A stretch of DNA of 64,000 nucleotides from Oikopleura dioica (taxonomy: Eukaryota > Animalia > Chordata). The notes below the pieces were generated by a model. That model saw only the letters and a list, made by a program, of their open reading frames with translations. It had not been told where the DNA came from and did not search any database. The stretch is from assembly GCA_907165135.1 (NCBI GenBank), contig OU015569.1, positions 2,542,001 to 2,606,000 on the forward strand, given 5' to 3'. Both the position numbers and the translations under genes were made by a program. Of this stretch, positions 11,201-22,726 are shown piece by piece. Each line of letters opens with the position of its first letter. Position 1 is the first letter of the stretch.

Positions 11201-14200
11201 ACGCGTTCGGCATCGCCAAACATTGGGGCGTCTTCTTCTTGTCGATCTTCGTACAGTTCTGTTGCCCGTTTCATCAGGCCGACCTTTGATAAACCGAAGT
11301 CAGTCAGTTTTATATGCCCTAAGGAAAGTTTTTACACAAGTTTATCGAGGAAAAAATCGTTTACCAATGGAGGTGATGAGCAAGTTGTCCGGTTTGAGAT
11401 CTCTATGCACGATTCCGTAGGAGTGAAGATACTCGAGCGCCAAAACGACTTCCGCAGCGTACATTTGCGTCCATTCTTCTGGAAGAGAAACAATATTCTT
11501 GAGCAAAGTGCGCACGTCCCCGCCTTCAACGTACTCCATGATCATGCATAGATGCGTCTGAGTCTCGAACGCGCAATACATAGACACGACGAACGGGTTC
11601 TCGGTAAAAGTCATGATGTCGCGCTCTAGAAACGCGCGTTGGACTTGATTCCTCAGTCGCAGCGACGATTTCGTGATTCTTTTCATCGCGTATCGCTCGT
11701 TTGTCTGTCGATGTTTCACAAGATACACCTTCGCGTATGCACCTAAAAGGACACATAAATAGCCAACAAACGGTAACAAATTTGATAAAAGGTACCTTGA
11801 CTGATTAACTTGTGTTTCTCAAAGTCCGCTTCGTTGATTTTGACGTCCTGGCTCTTTTCTTGCTGGATTTCATTTTCATCGGAGCTTTCTTTTTCGTTGT
11901 CCATGTTGCTCGTCGGTTTGTCAAGGCCGAGTTTCTTGAGGACGTATTGATGCGGCGGATCTCTCGAGTTGTTCGTCTGTCCTTCGTCCTCCAGCTGATC
12001 CAGAATTGAGATGTACTCTTCCGTGTCGAATTCGATGTACTGTAAGAGTCGAGAAGGGCGCGACGTTATTTTCATGTACTTGCGAATACAGTTGAGCACC
12101 GATTCTGATATCACGCCCGATTTCTGCTTCCCGTCGTTTTTCAGCACTTGGCAGCGCTCGGAATTGTCCGCGAATATTCGACAAGTGATGGAGTTGTCTC
12201 GGGCTCGTTGGAGTGTCACTCGGGCGATTTCAATAACTTGCTTGTGCACGAATCCCCAGGCCGCGTCACCAGAAGTCGATGTTTCCTCAATCTCCGTTTC
12301 TTCCTTGATAAATTGCTCGAGCTGATCCTCCATTTGCTTCGCCAGAATAGGAAATCGCTCGCGATAGAGCAAGTTTCGCTCTGAAAAACGCCTTGGAAAG
12401 GGTGCAAAATAGGGTTGAAACAGACCTTGGATGTCCTGCTTTTCCAGCTGCAAGTGATGCGACGAAACAGAAGAAGTCAACGAGGTGCACTTGCGCAGGT
12501 CTTCGACGGAGTCTACTCCAGAGAAATTCATCCCACGCTCCTGTGATGATGAATAGTTCGAATATGGCGGTGTCTGTTACGAGATACTTATAAGAAACGA
12601 ACGTTTACGCTAGAGTGAGTTCACATTTTTACATTTACACCCGATCGAATAATCCTAATTTACAACTATTACTATCAAGAAACACTTATTTTTCGAAAAG
12701 ATAACAAACAAATAACGCGATTATTGTTTCTAACCGATTTTCCCTAGAATTCCGATTGTTACTAAAAGAAGAATGACTGCCGAAAAAAGAAAAAGAAGCG
12801 GCTTGCGGCTTTGAGCCAGAGTTGCAAATTTTGATTAATTTTTCTGAGCTGAGCTGAGCTGACCTGAGTAAAAATTTCTCTGAGCTGAGCTGAGCTGAGC
12901 TGGCCTATTTCGGAGGTTACTGAGCTGAGCTGAGCTGAGCTGGCCTTTTTCAGAGGTCATTGAGCGGAGCTGAGCTGAGCAGATCTTTTGTTTAAGAAAG
13001 TTGAGCTGAGCTGAGCTGAGCGGACCCTAGTTAGAGCTGAGCTGAGCTGTTTTTTGCCGTTTTTTGGTAGTAAAACTGTATTCAAATCATTTAGCTGAGC
13101 TGAGTGATAATTTTTTGAGCTGAGCTGAGCTGAGCAGATCAAATCATGTTCGAAAATAATTGAGCTGAGCTGAGCTGAGCTGAGTGAAAATTGTCTGAGC
13201 TGAGCTGAGCTGAGCTGAGCAGATCAGATCATTTTCCAAAATCACTGAGCTGAGCTGAGCGACTGCTCAGCTCACTCAGCCAGCTCAGCTCACTCAGCTC
13301 AGCAAATTTGCAACTCTGCTTTGAGCAAGGAAAATCTTAAGCCGCGCATGGTGCGGCTTTTTCTTCCTATCTTCCTCGAATCCACAAGCGGCTTCCCGAC
13401 ATTCAATGCTAATTCTTATTTGCTAAGAAGCAGAATTCCAGCGAAATTTGTAAGGAATCGCGTATTCTCTAAGCAAGAAACAATAGTTGTATTTATGAAG
13501 TTGAAGATTTATTGAAATAGCGATAGATAGTTTGTATCAGCTCCTGGGTCAAGTAACCCCTGTCGGAAGGAATGGAAGGGATGGAGTGGCAGCTCCATCG
13601 TCGTGATTCTCTGTGGCGAAGTCTCTCCGCGGCCGGCTGGATGCGGGGCGAGGTCTGAGAAGCAAGTCGACGCGGCGTGAGCGGCGAAAGGCAGCGAGAG
13701 CCAGAATGCGATAACGCCTTGCTCCGACGGTTCGTCATGTAGCACAGGCAGGGCTCCGAGCGCGAGCGCACTTGATCCCTTTTCTTGGGCTTTACAAACA
13801 CTTTTTAAATTAAAAGAAAGAAAAACTCTAGGTTACGATACTATGTGGAGAACCTAAGTTAGGGTCCTCAAAGAGTATGATAACAGATTGAAATGGTTGT
13901 TTTGGTTATCTCTTTTGGACCCTGACTCAGGTTTCTAGACAGGTTGCCACTGCGTGAAAAGGAGGTTTGTTAAAGCCGTTAGCTGAGTTTGTGGATTTTG
14001 GCTGCAGACTCGTTGCCAGTCCTGTGAATGTCCGGAATCGACTCGTACTCAGCACTGAAGCCGTTGACCATCGAGCTCATTGGCGAGGCGAACTTGGGCG
14101 AGGCAAACTGCAGTAGGCCGCCAATGATTCCAGAGCCCAGCGAGCCACGACGGCCAGCATCGTTCGTTCTTGGTATGGGAAGATGACCCAGAAGGGAGAG

Positions 14201-14685
14201 CGGCATTTGCCCCTCGTTACTCATCTCGAGCAAGAACTTTTCAAAGGGTTACTTAATTGGTTCGTTAATTAGTTTGTTCTTGTGGGAAAGAGAAGATTAT
14301 TATTAAAATAATTACGTAACCCAGTAGCTTATCTCGTGGACTATCGAGTTGAACGACTTTCCGGTCTCATTTCAAGCCGTTTTTTTTTCTAATTTCGGAA
14401 GCTCGTTCTTTTTTTCTAGGGCAGTGTTGATGATTCACAATCGCCAGTTTCGATCACCCTCATATCCCGATCCGCATTTTTTCGGTTTTCAAATCGGACA
14501 GTCTAAAGTTGACGAAAGGTCATTAAATTTCAGATTGTTCCTTTTTCTCTTGAAGAAACGCCTTTTTTCCATCCGATAATGCTCGCCACTGGTCAGTGGG
14601 AAGTGAGCCACTCGCGGCCCCGATGAGTCACCTTTCTGAACTCAGCGACGGGCCGCTCGAAATTCCCTTTATTCTCGATTCCTGC
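8250..14685 (-). CDS. MAST: Microtubule-associated serine/threonine (MAST) kinase: DUF1908-like N-terminus, AGC kinase, AGC C-terminal, PDZ; both ends approximate
   Basis: [10 protein letters not shown] (about 13580) and [18 protein letters not shown] (DUF1908-like). Kinase motifs [44 protein letters not shown]; AGC tail EDDTSYFD; PDZ segment [25 protein letters not shown] (9441-9638). Exons are separated by short GT-AG introns. Confidence 0.93.
12817..13318. mobile_element. Non-autonomous hAT-like element (502 bp) filled with TGAGC arrays
   Basis: Perfect 15-bp terminal inverted repeats (TIRs) CAGAGTTGCAAATTT / AAATTTGCAACTCTG. 8-bp TSD CTTTGAGC at 12809-12816 and 13319-13326. Confidence 0.9.
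12844..13303. repeat. Punctuated (TGAGC)n array: about 11 blocks of 2-5 pentamers separated by spacers mostly 11-25 nt, plus an inverted terminal block
   Basis: Read directly. The inverted GCTCA block is at 13265-13303. Some spacers are related to each other (gcctatttcggaggtta versus gcctttttcagaggtca; recurring agatc.. and tga.aatt.. types). Confidence 0.95.
13843..13948. mobile_element. Family A MITE (CCTGAGTCAGG TIR family), degenerate left end
   Basis: gtggagaacctaagttagggtcc ... ggaccctgactcaggtttctagacaggttgcc inverted termini; in a MAST intron. Confidence 0.7.
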
Positions 14686-14989
14686 AATTAATGATGATTA
14701 CATATTTTCTCTTTATGTAATTAGATTGAGTCTGTAAGTTAATCTTACTCGTTCACTTATTATTTAATGAATTGATTATGATTATCTTGCTAGCTAATTA
14801 TTTGACAAGTATTTTCACTAACTTACTGGATGATCTCTCACTATTTCGATTAAATTACAGCCAAAATTGATCGAAAAATTCAAAGTGGGTTTGAAAAAAA
14901 AGTTAGCAAATAAAAAACGTCGTGCCGCACTGCGCCAGCGTGAGCGTAAATCTCGACGTAAACCGACCGTTATTTGATCGAGCAGTCGG

Positions 14990-15056
14990 CCCAGAGTGGC
15001 CCGCTGGTACGACCCCAGCCTACGAATCGCCAGGTTGCGAGTTCGATTCTTTGAAA
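14990..15056 (+). pseudogene. Degenerate tRNA-like sequence (tRNA pseudogene or tRNA-derived SINE head)
   Basis: A-box-like TGGCCCGCTGG at 14997 and B-box GTTCGATTC at 15041, 44 nt apart as in a tRNA. Loop CT-ACG-AA is at the anticodon position. Acceptor, anticodon and T stems pair poorly. Confidence 0.4.
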
Positions 15057-15726
15057 TGACATGGCAGCTTGTAGGTACAGCTGATCCATGAATTGAAAAA
15101 TGAAATGTAAAATGAAATTGAAATATGAAAATTGTTAAAGGCCGATATGAAAAACAAATAGAACATACAGTGGAAATAATATCCCCGTATGATGCGCAAA
15201 AATTGAGTTACCCGGATGCCTGGGACTTGCTTAGTGACAAGCCCAGATGAACAAATATAGTATCGCGAAATCATGAGCTCCTTAAAAACCCGTCCGAGTT
15301 CCCTGGGACACTTTCTAGGAATTGGAAAGTTGGACACCCAAAAACTCGCCTCAGAAATCTCCGGATGGCTCCCTACGGTACCTAAGGGAAGTCAGCTGGT
15401 CAAGAAAGAGGGGAGTTCTTCCTAAAGGATAAATAGGAAGTTTTTGCTTATTCAGCTCTCATTTTTCTTATAGCAATTGCACTAGAATGGATGCTGAATA
15501 ATAAGGCAAATGAGATCTGCATAATGACTCAAAATCTAATGATTTTTTCCGTTTTCTAATTGCGACGGCCAAGTTTGAAGCAGATTGATTTTCGCAATCT
15601 TGAGAAAGGCTCTTTGATTTTTATGGATCGGCAAAGTTATTTTGAACACATGTCAGTGCCGTGGACCTTTGCGCATGCATGATATTTATAGAAGCAAAAT
15701 GAAAGAGAGAGAGACGGAAAATAGAA

Positions 15727-17388
15727 CTAGATTTGATTCGGTTGTATACAGTCTATGACGGCTAGTCCGAAGTTTCTCAGCGGCTGTTCCAACCGGGCCG
15801 AAATCGTGCGCCACTTTCTGCTATTGATGTTGAACTCCTCAATGCTGTCGTGATAGTGGCCATTTGTGTAGTCGTATCCGCCGCAAACGATGAGTTTTTC
15901 ATCTCCCCAGGCAAACACTTGTGAGTCCATTCGTTTCTCGTGCGTGTCATTTTGTCTCTCCCACTCGCGAGTTTCAAGATCGAGAGCATCAACTCTACAA
16001 TTTTGAAATTCTTTTATTCATTTTTTGTCTACCTGACTGTTTGCCCGCCTAGAATGTAAAGTTTGTTTTGCAAAATAGCGGCGCCCATGCCGTTTTCCGA
16101 GAAAGGGAAGAAAACGGGCGAGATGTATCTGGAGAAGACATCCCATTGATCCCGTTTCAAGCTGTATCTTTGAATCTTATCCGTCGTGTGTACTGTATGG
16201 ACACTGTACTGGCCGCAGCAGATGAATAGCGAATCGTCTTTTGATGCAAAAGCAGCACCGCCAACACCAAGAGGCATGGGAGCTCCGAAACGCCACGATT
16301 TCGTCGATGAGTTCAAGATCTCCACCGACGAAAGCACTTTCTCCCGTTGATAGCCGCCAACAACGACGAGAACGTAGTTGAAGGCAAATGTGGCGTGGAA
16401 GAAGCGACCTTGGTTCATGTTTGGAAACTGACTCCAGCTTTGTCCGTCGAAAGTGAAGCAGTGATTCAACTGTTGCAAGGTGCCCACGTCAAATCCACCC
16501 GTTAGCCAGACTTGTCCGTTTGAAGCCGTCACTCGGTATCCTTCCATATTGCTTCGGGGAAGTTTCTGTGACATGGCGCTAGAATGTTGTCGCTGAAGCA
16601 TGTTCCATTGGTGACGACAGCAGCGGCAATTGCTATCGCTTCGATGAGAGCTACTTTCCGGCTCTGTATGAAAGAAAGGAGTACTGTTTGTATTTTTAAT
16701 CTAGTTTTTTGAACTACTGTACTTCTAGAGACGATTAAAAACTTCCCTATCGACGACATCATTTATGGGCATATTGTGAATATACTCGTATGGCTCCTGA
16801 TTGTATCCTCCAAAAAAGAAGGCCTTCTTCTTGATCGTGAACATCTCCGAAATGATTGATATTGGTCCATCTTTCATACTTTTTGAAGCTCAATTTTTAT
16901 TAACAAAAAATTTTAACAGCAAATTTGAGCTCTTTCCTTAATTTTCTCAACCGGTACGTCTTGATGAGCGGCACAAAGGCTTCTTGAAGTGAATAGCGAA
17001 GAGAAAGCTCAGCAAGATACGCCAACTGGTGCTCGTGCAGATCATCGTGAAGTGCCGTATCGCAAATTTCTATTTCTGCGATTTTAATAAAATCCATGAA
17101 GGCATATTGGTCCGCGAAAGCAAGTGAAGCAGCAAGATTGTCCCACTCGAAGATTTCGTGAATTGCATTTTTGACAATCTTGATGGAGTATTCGGGAAAA
17201 TTAATGAAGTCTGCATCTTTTTCCTTTTTCAATAATATTTGCGTCTAGTCAACCCTTCATTTTTTTACCTTGAAGTCGCCCTGGAAATAACTCCTGCAGT
17301 ACTGACTCTTCGATATCAGTTTATCTCTGGAAATCAGGACGCTGCCGTCGCTAGTTCTCAAAGTAACATCTTTGGAGTTTCTTGACAT
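15727..17388 (-). CDS. BTB-Kelch (KLHL-like) protein, spliced
   Basis: BTB start SKDVTLRTSDGSVLISRDKLISKSQYCRSYFQGDFK. Kelch repeats with GG doublets and terminal W (FFFGGYN, VWLTGGFD..WSQFPNMNQGRFFHA, LVVVGGY..SWRFGAPMPLGVGGAA, LYILGG, LIVCGGY..KWRTI). Confidence 0.85.
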
Positions 17389-17604
17389 TTTCAAATTAAT
17401 TAAAATTGATATTCTTTGTTTGGTTTGATTCTGGATGCCTTCCAGTATTTTCTCAGCTCCCGACCCTCTTTTCAAACAACTGACCAACTGATTGCTGTGA
17501 AAGTTCATAACACCCTATAAATATCTGTAGAGCAGACACCTTGCAGCCAAAAATACACAACATCTGGATTCAAAAGCTTCATTTATTTCTAAGGATAATG
17601 CAAG

Positions 17605-17773
17605 CTTGGCTCAGCAACCTGTGTACAAAACCTGAGTCAGGATTTGAAATAGACAGTAATTAAAAAAAAAATAAAAATGTTTATCTTGCCAAAGCAGCTT
17701 TGCGGCTTTGTTTTTGTAAAAGCCGCTATGGGCCGTTTTAAAATCCTGACTCAGGTTTTCTACACAGGTTTCC
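17605..17773. mobile_element. Family A MITE
   Basis: gcaacctgtgtacaaaacctgagtcagga ... tcctgactcaggttttctacacaggtt; internal gcggctt/aagccgc motifs. Confidence 0.85.
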
Positions 17774-18218
17774 AGACGCTTACCCTAATATTTTAAAATA
17801 ATAAGACCCCGTTGTCTGTTAATTTTGTGTTACAGTCCGAGAAAGAGCTGGACACTAACTGAACTCGCTGAAATCATAGAAGGAGATTAAATTTGAGCAG
17901 GTAAAATAAACGAAGGTATTTTGAAATTTAAGGATTTGCGCCAACTTGTTTTGCGAGAGATGTTTTTTCGATATTTTAGAAAAAAACTTTCGCATTTAGA
18001 GCGCGTGTATTGGGTCGGGTGTGGTTTCATCGTAGATTTGTTTCTACCAAAATTAAAATGACTATCCGTCCTGCTCGCGGTCCCTTTGGATCCCCTTGAT
18101 CCACCACGCGGTGGCGCCATTGGCGATTATTATCGTTGCGCCGTCCGGTTCTTCCGTGTTCCATTAGTTCAGAAATACTCTGATAAGGAGCCCACCAAAG
18201 AGCATCCAGAAAGTAGAG

Positions 18219-21200
18219 ATGCGCTCTCTTTCTGTTTTGGCGGTGCTTGCAGCCGTCCAAGGAGAGAATAGCTCCGACTTAGAAGCGAAAAGACGAGACT
18301 TTGCCATCGATGAGAAAGAGGTCGACACACTTACTTGGACTCCAGGAGGAACTGTCAGAACTACGCAGGACAGACCCTACGTTAGAGGAAAAGTTCAGGT
18401 TCGTACCGTGATTCTCATTTCTGACGAATTTTTGCTGAAATTCTGATTATTACTTTAGTAGAATTACTACTAAAAATCGAGAAGCCACTTGCGGCTTCGA
18501 GCAAGAGAAAATTCATTTCGCTTTTTCGTCCTATTTAGCTCAAAGCCGCAAGCGGCTTCTCGATTTGAGTGGTAACTTTTTAATTTTAAGATCGGAAATT
18601 TAAATACAAAAATTCAGAAAGGATGCAGCGAAGAGATCATGTACGGACTGTACGATTTCGACTGCAGCCGAGGTAAACGAACTATCGGCCAATGGACCAA
18701 AAACACTCGATGCAGACTCTACTGTTTGAACAGGTAAGATTTCCGTCCCTCATATTTTCTTATCGTCCTTCTAGCCAGCGAATGGAACCCGCGGTAAAGC
18801 AACTTCGATGTACATACCACAGACCAACTGGGCGATACATCTGGAAGGGCGCGGCGCGACAAGGAAACAAGCGAGTTTTGTTGAGCAATCCTCGAGTTGA
18901 CTGCATCACAATGAACCACGTTGCTCGATGGGGCCAGTGGGGACCCTGGTCTTCATGGACGAAGTGCTCCCGCGAGTGTGGAACAGGAGAAAAGATCCGT
19001 CAGCGGCGACGAGTCTGTGTCGGCGGCGTCATGGGAGAAAACGACAATTGCCCGCATCAAGGAAACGTTCAGCTCGAGTACAGCGGATGTGACAACCAAT
19101 GCGGTAAGTAATTGGCTCGCTCCGATTCAATTCAATTCGATCGCGCGCTCATTTTGATTATTATGAGTTTAAAAAGTTGCTCCAGGAGTCCTGTGTACGC
19201 ATCCCAAACATGTCGCTTACAATGTTACGCGATTAGAACATTGATCCAGCAAATCCGTGTTTTACCCAAAACCTTCCGTCCGGCGTTATCTTTTTGACGT
19301 CAGCTAGGGAGAAAGAGGCACCAGTCGCCCAGCTACTAAGCCCTTGAGACAATATTCGTCCAAATATTATTTTCTTGAAACAAGATCTCATCCGACCAAC
19401 AGATTCTAGTAACAAAAACATGTTACAGTATAAACAACAGGATTGTTTTAAAGAATAAATCTTCCAGGTGTTTTTCTTAAAAGAAACAACAAGTATTTTT
19501 CCAGAAAACTAATCACATGTTTTAGTTTCGCCACCATCAGTATCAGTGTCCTTTAGCGATGTCAAAGATAAAGGATTCATCGTCAACTGGGAAATCGAAA
19601 ACATCGACGAGTCTGACATCGGACATTTCAAAGTGGAAGTTTTCGAAAGCATCGTTAACTGGAACCAGGAGAGCTATAAAGTCGCCAACCTGGATATGAT
19701 CCACCCAACTTTGAGAGACATCAGCGTCTGGCGAGAAATCAAACCTCTCACAAGGTAAATCTATCTTTCTATTCACAATTTTCAATTAAAAATATAGATA
19801 TGACGTCTGGGTCTGGATGATGGATAGCCGAGGTCAGCAACTAGCCGATCCGGTTATCGAAAAAGTCTTTACTCTCGGAAGTCGTTTCGATTTCGACGAA
19901 GATGTCATGTGCGCCGTTGACTGGCCCACTACTCACAAGGATGAAATGATCACCTCTTGCGATCATTTGCAGTACGTTCCAGCCGGCCACAGATGCTACA
20001 CTTACTGCAAAGACGACTGGAAGAAGATCCGAGGAACCGAGTACATCACCTGCATGAATGGTCAGTGGCGAGGAAGCTGGCCCAAGTGCGAGCCTCGAGG
20101 TTGGCGATGCAACATGAACATGGACACTTATTGCCCCGGTTGCATTCGACCAGACAACTGCTGTGACTTCATCACAAACGAAGGAGACGTCGACTACATC
20201 TGCAAACAAGGATACCTCCGACCAGAGGTAAATGGCCCTGGAAAATCTGGAGGAATCGCCCGAGCTCTAACCAAGAAACTCAAAGCAAATGGTCCTTCTT
20301 GCGCTACATTCCGACATCGAAGACGGGATTGCAGTCTCACCTACGCTGTGAAAGTCTTGGCACTGTACACTGACGAAACTGGAAAGAAAGATCCGATCGA
20401 GAAGATTCTCGTTGACGTTGCTCAAGATACGGATTTCACCGAAAACTGCATTGATGATGCTGATTACGATGTAAAAGTGATGGATGTTCGGCCACAAGCA
20501 GGTTATTCTCACGTCCAGATCGTCTTCGAAGCCGAGCTCAATCGATGGGATGGCAACCTTGGATATGACATGTGGTTCGATGACTTCGAGCACGGATACG
20601 GTCGATGCTCGGTAATGCGATGCGGCGAGTTCCCACCACCTCTGTTGAAGGGAGGCGGAGCTACGTTTGGACACGACGTGGCGCTGGAGAACACTTGCAC
20701 AGACGGAGACAATGCGCACTCCGTCTGCAAGATGAACTGCCCTTCGACTCATCCTGTCCACCACTTTGCTCATTACTGGCAAGAAATCATCTGCAACCCA
20801 TCTGGCTTCTGGAACCAGCCACTCTATACCTACTACACTGGCTACTGCCAAGCGCCTTCTTGCAACTACTTCGACATTATTCCGCCAAAGAACGGCTGGT
20901 ATAGTTGCTCAGATGAAGGCTATGAAGGATCCGTGTGCACTTTTGGATGCAACAGTGTGGATTACACTCTCAATTCCAAGGCACCCTACAGGTAAAAATC
21001 AACGAATGAAAATGTTTTCTCATGAATTTTGTTCAGAATTCAATGCATGAATGGAAAGTGGAAGCCGATCGGAGGCAAGGCAGGCTTCATCAAGGGTCAG
21101 ATCCAAGCGGATTGCGTGTTCAACCACGTCTTTGCCCGACGAGAGAAGCGAATTTCCCAGCCTATTTCTCCACTGCACGCTATGCGAATGCAATACAGGT

Positions 21201-21432
21201 AGATTTGGCTTTATAAACATGATTGTAAATTGTAATCTTTTCTCAAAGAGAACTTGCTGGTCTGGACCATCCAAGTTCAATTCGAAAAGAACGAACAAAG
21301 TACAACGTTGAAATGACGAGGAAGAAGTTCGGCTTCGAGGGACGAAGCATGAATTTCGACCAGGTCTTCCACGCGGAGATGAGCACTCCAGACTTCGAAG
21401 AAATGCCAATCGCAGCTTTTGGCTCCAAATAA
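18219..21432 (+). CDS. Secreted modular protein: signal peptide, TSP1, FN3-like, several sushi/CCP and Cys-rich modules
   Basis: MRSLSVLAVLAAVQG signal peptide. TSP1 motif WGQWGPWSSWTKCSRECGTGEKIRQRRRVC. FN3-like FIVNWE..FKVEV. CCP motifs CYTYC..GTEYITCMNGQWRGSWPKC and SVCTFGC..IQCMNGKW. GT-AG introns maintain the frame to TAA at 21430-21432. Confidence 0.8.
18464..18575. mobile_element. Family B-like fold-back MITE in an intron
   Basis: ttactactaaaaatcgagaagcc ... ggcttctcgatttgagtggtaa inverted repeat; two aagcc(g/a)c-N-gcggctt hairpins at 18482 and 18543. Confidence 0.7.
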
Positions 21433-21795
21433 AGGCGGAAATAGAGAGTCGACCCTTCTAAAAATTGATAGTTCTGATGAAGAACATTATCTTACTGTAA
21501 ATACTTACTTCTCCTGCAAATAAAGGAAACGTTTTATAACAAAGTTGGGATTGCTTATTTTTATGCTTCAATAAAAAGTGACGCTCGTTTTCGGAGGAAA
21601 GGGCTTAGAGCTCAGTTTTAATTGAGTCGATTTAACATGCAGACTTGTTTTGGGAAAATTTTCTATCTTTGGAACAAGTTTGTTAAAGAAAGAAGCTCTT
21701 CAAAGAGGATCCGTGCGAGGGTAAAGAAAAAAGAATCAAAGCGAGATCTAGTGAGTTTATTCTGTGATTGTTCGGGTCTAGGCTCGGGTTTTTTT

Positions 21796-22345
21796 ATGAA
21801 TATTCAGGCATGGCTAGATCAAGACGGAGAAGATGACGACGGGTCAGGAATCAGTTTAATTGAATAAGCGATAGGTGGAAAGTTTAATAGAATAAGCCGT
21901 GATGCGTGTTCTAAAACGAGTTGAACTCAAGAAACAGATACCGAGTGCGAGGAAAACGATAACGGTAGATAACTTTTGCTTTTGATACAATCCAAGGTTG
22001 TTTTTAAAACAAGAGGGCTCTGAAATGGAAGAAGAAGACTTTGGAGAACAAGCGCTTGAAGACGATTTTGAAGAAGATGATGGAGGAGATGATGATGACG
22101 AAGACTCAATAGAAAGGGAAATCGAGGAGAATGATCTTGTCGATGAAGTTGGTTCAGGTTGCAAGAGTTTTAAAAATATTATAATCCAGCAATTGCATTT
22201 TTTAGAAATGGACTATCAAATCGACGAGGAAAACTATCAAATGGACATTGTTCAAGCAGAAGCGATGGAGATGGAGGAAGCAATGCTCGACGAAGAATAT
22301 AATTTTAACTCAGGAAACTCCCAACAAATGCGGCTAATCACGTGA
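21796..22345 (+). CDS. Hypothetical highly acidic (D/E-rich) protein, spliced
   Basis: MNIQAWLDQDGEDDDGSG followed by D/E-rich ORF segments (21998-22345); no family recognised. Confidence 0.4.
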
Positions 22346-22726
22346 CTGCCCATCAAATACTTTTGAATAGAAATTTGGATAGAGATTAAAAAGATGCTGG
22401 GTCTGTGAATGACTACTGGTGCGCTGAATCGCTTCCTGACTCTGTATAACAGCAGCAACAGTCTCCTCCATTTATCCTGACGGGCAGTCTGAATAAAATA
22501 AACAGAATATGTTGATGCGGTGGCGCTTATGTTTTCTAAATATGCAATATGCTTAAGTGTAGGTATAAGACGATGGATAAAGCTGGAAATCTGGAGATGC
22601 AGGCGCAATTTAAGACTAAGCAGGATAAAATCACGCACTCTGGCTTCTTATCCTCAGACTCGTTTATTCTCAAAGAAACCCTCTTTCACTCATTTTTTAT
22701 TTTATTTTAGATAGAAAAGGGTGAAA

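Larger units (their letters stand above)
12744..13446. mobile_element. Older fold-back MITE (family B) interrupted by the hAT-like insertion, in a MAST intron
   Basis: Left end gaattccgattgttactaaaag and right end cagaattccagcgaaa resemble the family B termini at 31034-31192 and 43088-43262. Internal aagccgc..gcggctt hairpin at 13339-13359. Confidence 0.5.

Noticed and set aside
12957-13142. ORF with SAQLSSAQ repeats
   Set aside because: Translation artefact of the TGAGC array.
12844-13303. CRISPR-like repeat-spacer appearance of the TGAGC blocks
   Set aside because: The repeats are variable-length pentamer runs, spacers are short, uneven and related to each other, there are no cas genes, the context is a eukaryotic intron, and the array is bounded by TIRs and a TSD.
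17887-18260. Small minus-strand ORFs (MAPPRGG.., MEHGRTG..) head-to-head with the secreted-protein gene
   Set aside because: Two competing frames, no homology recognised, and partial overlap with the neighbouring gene start.
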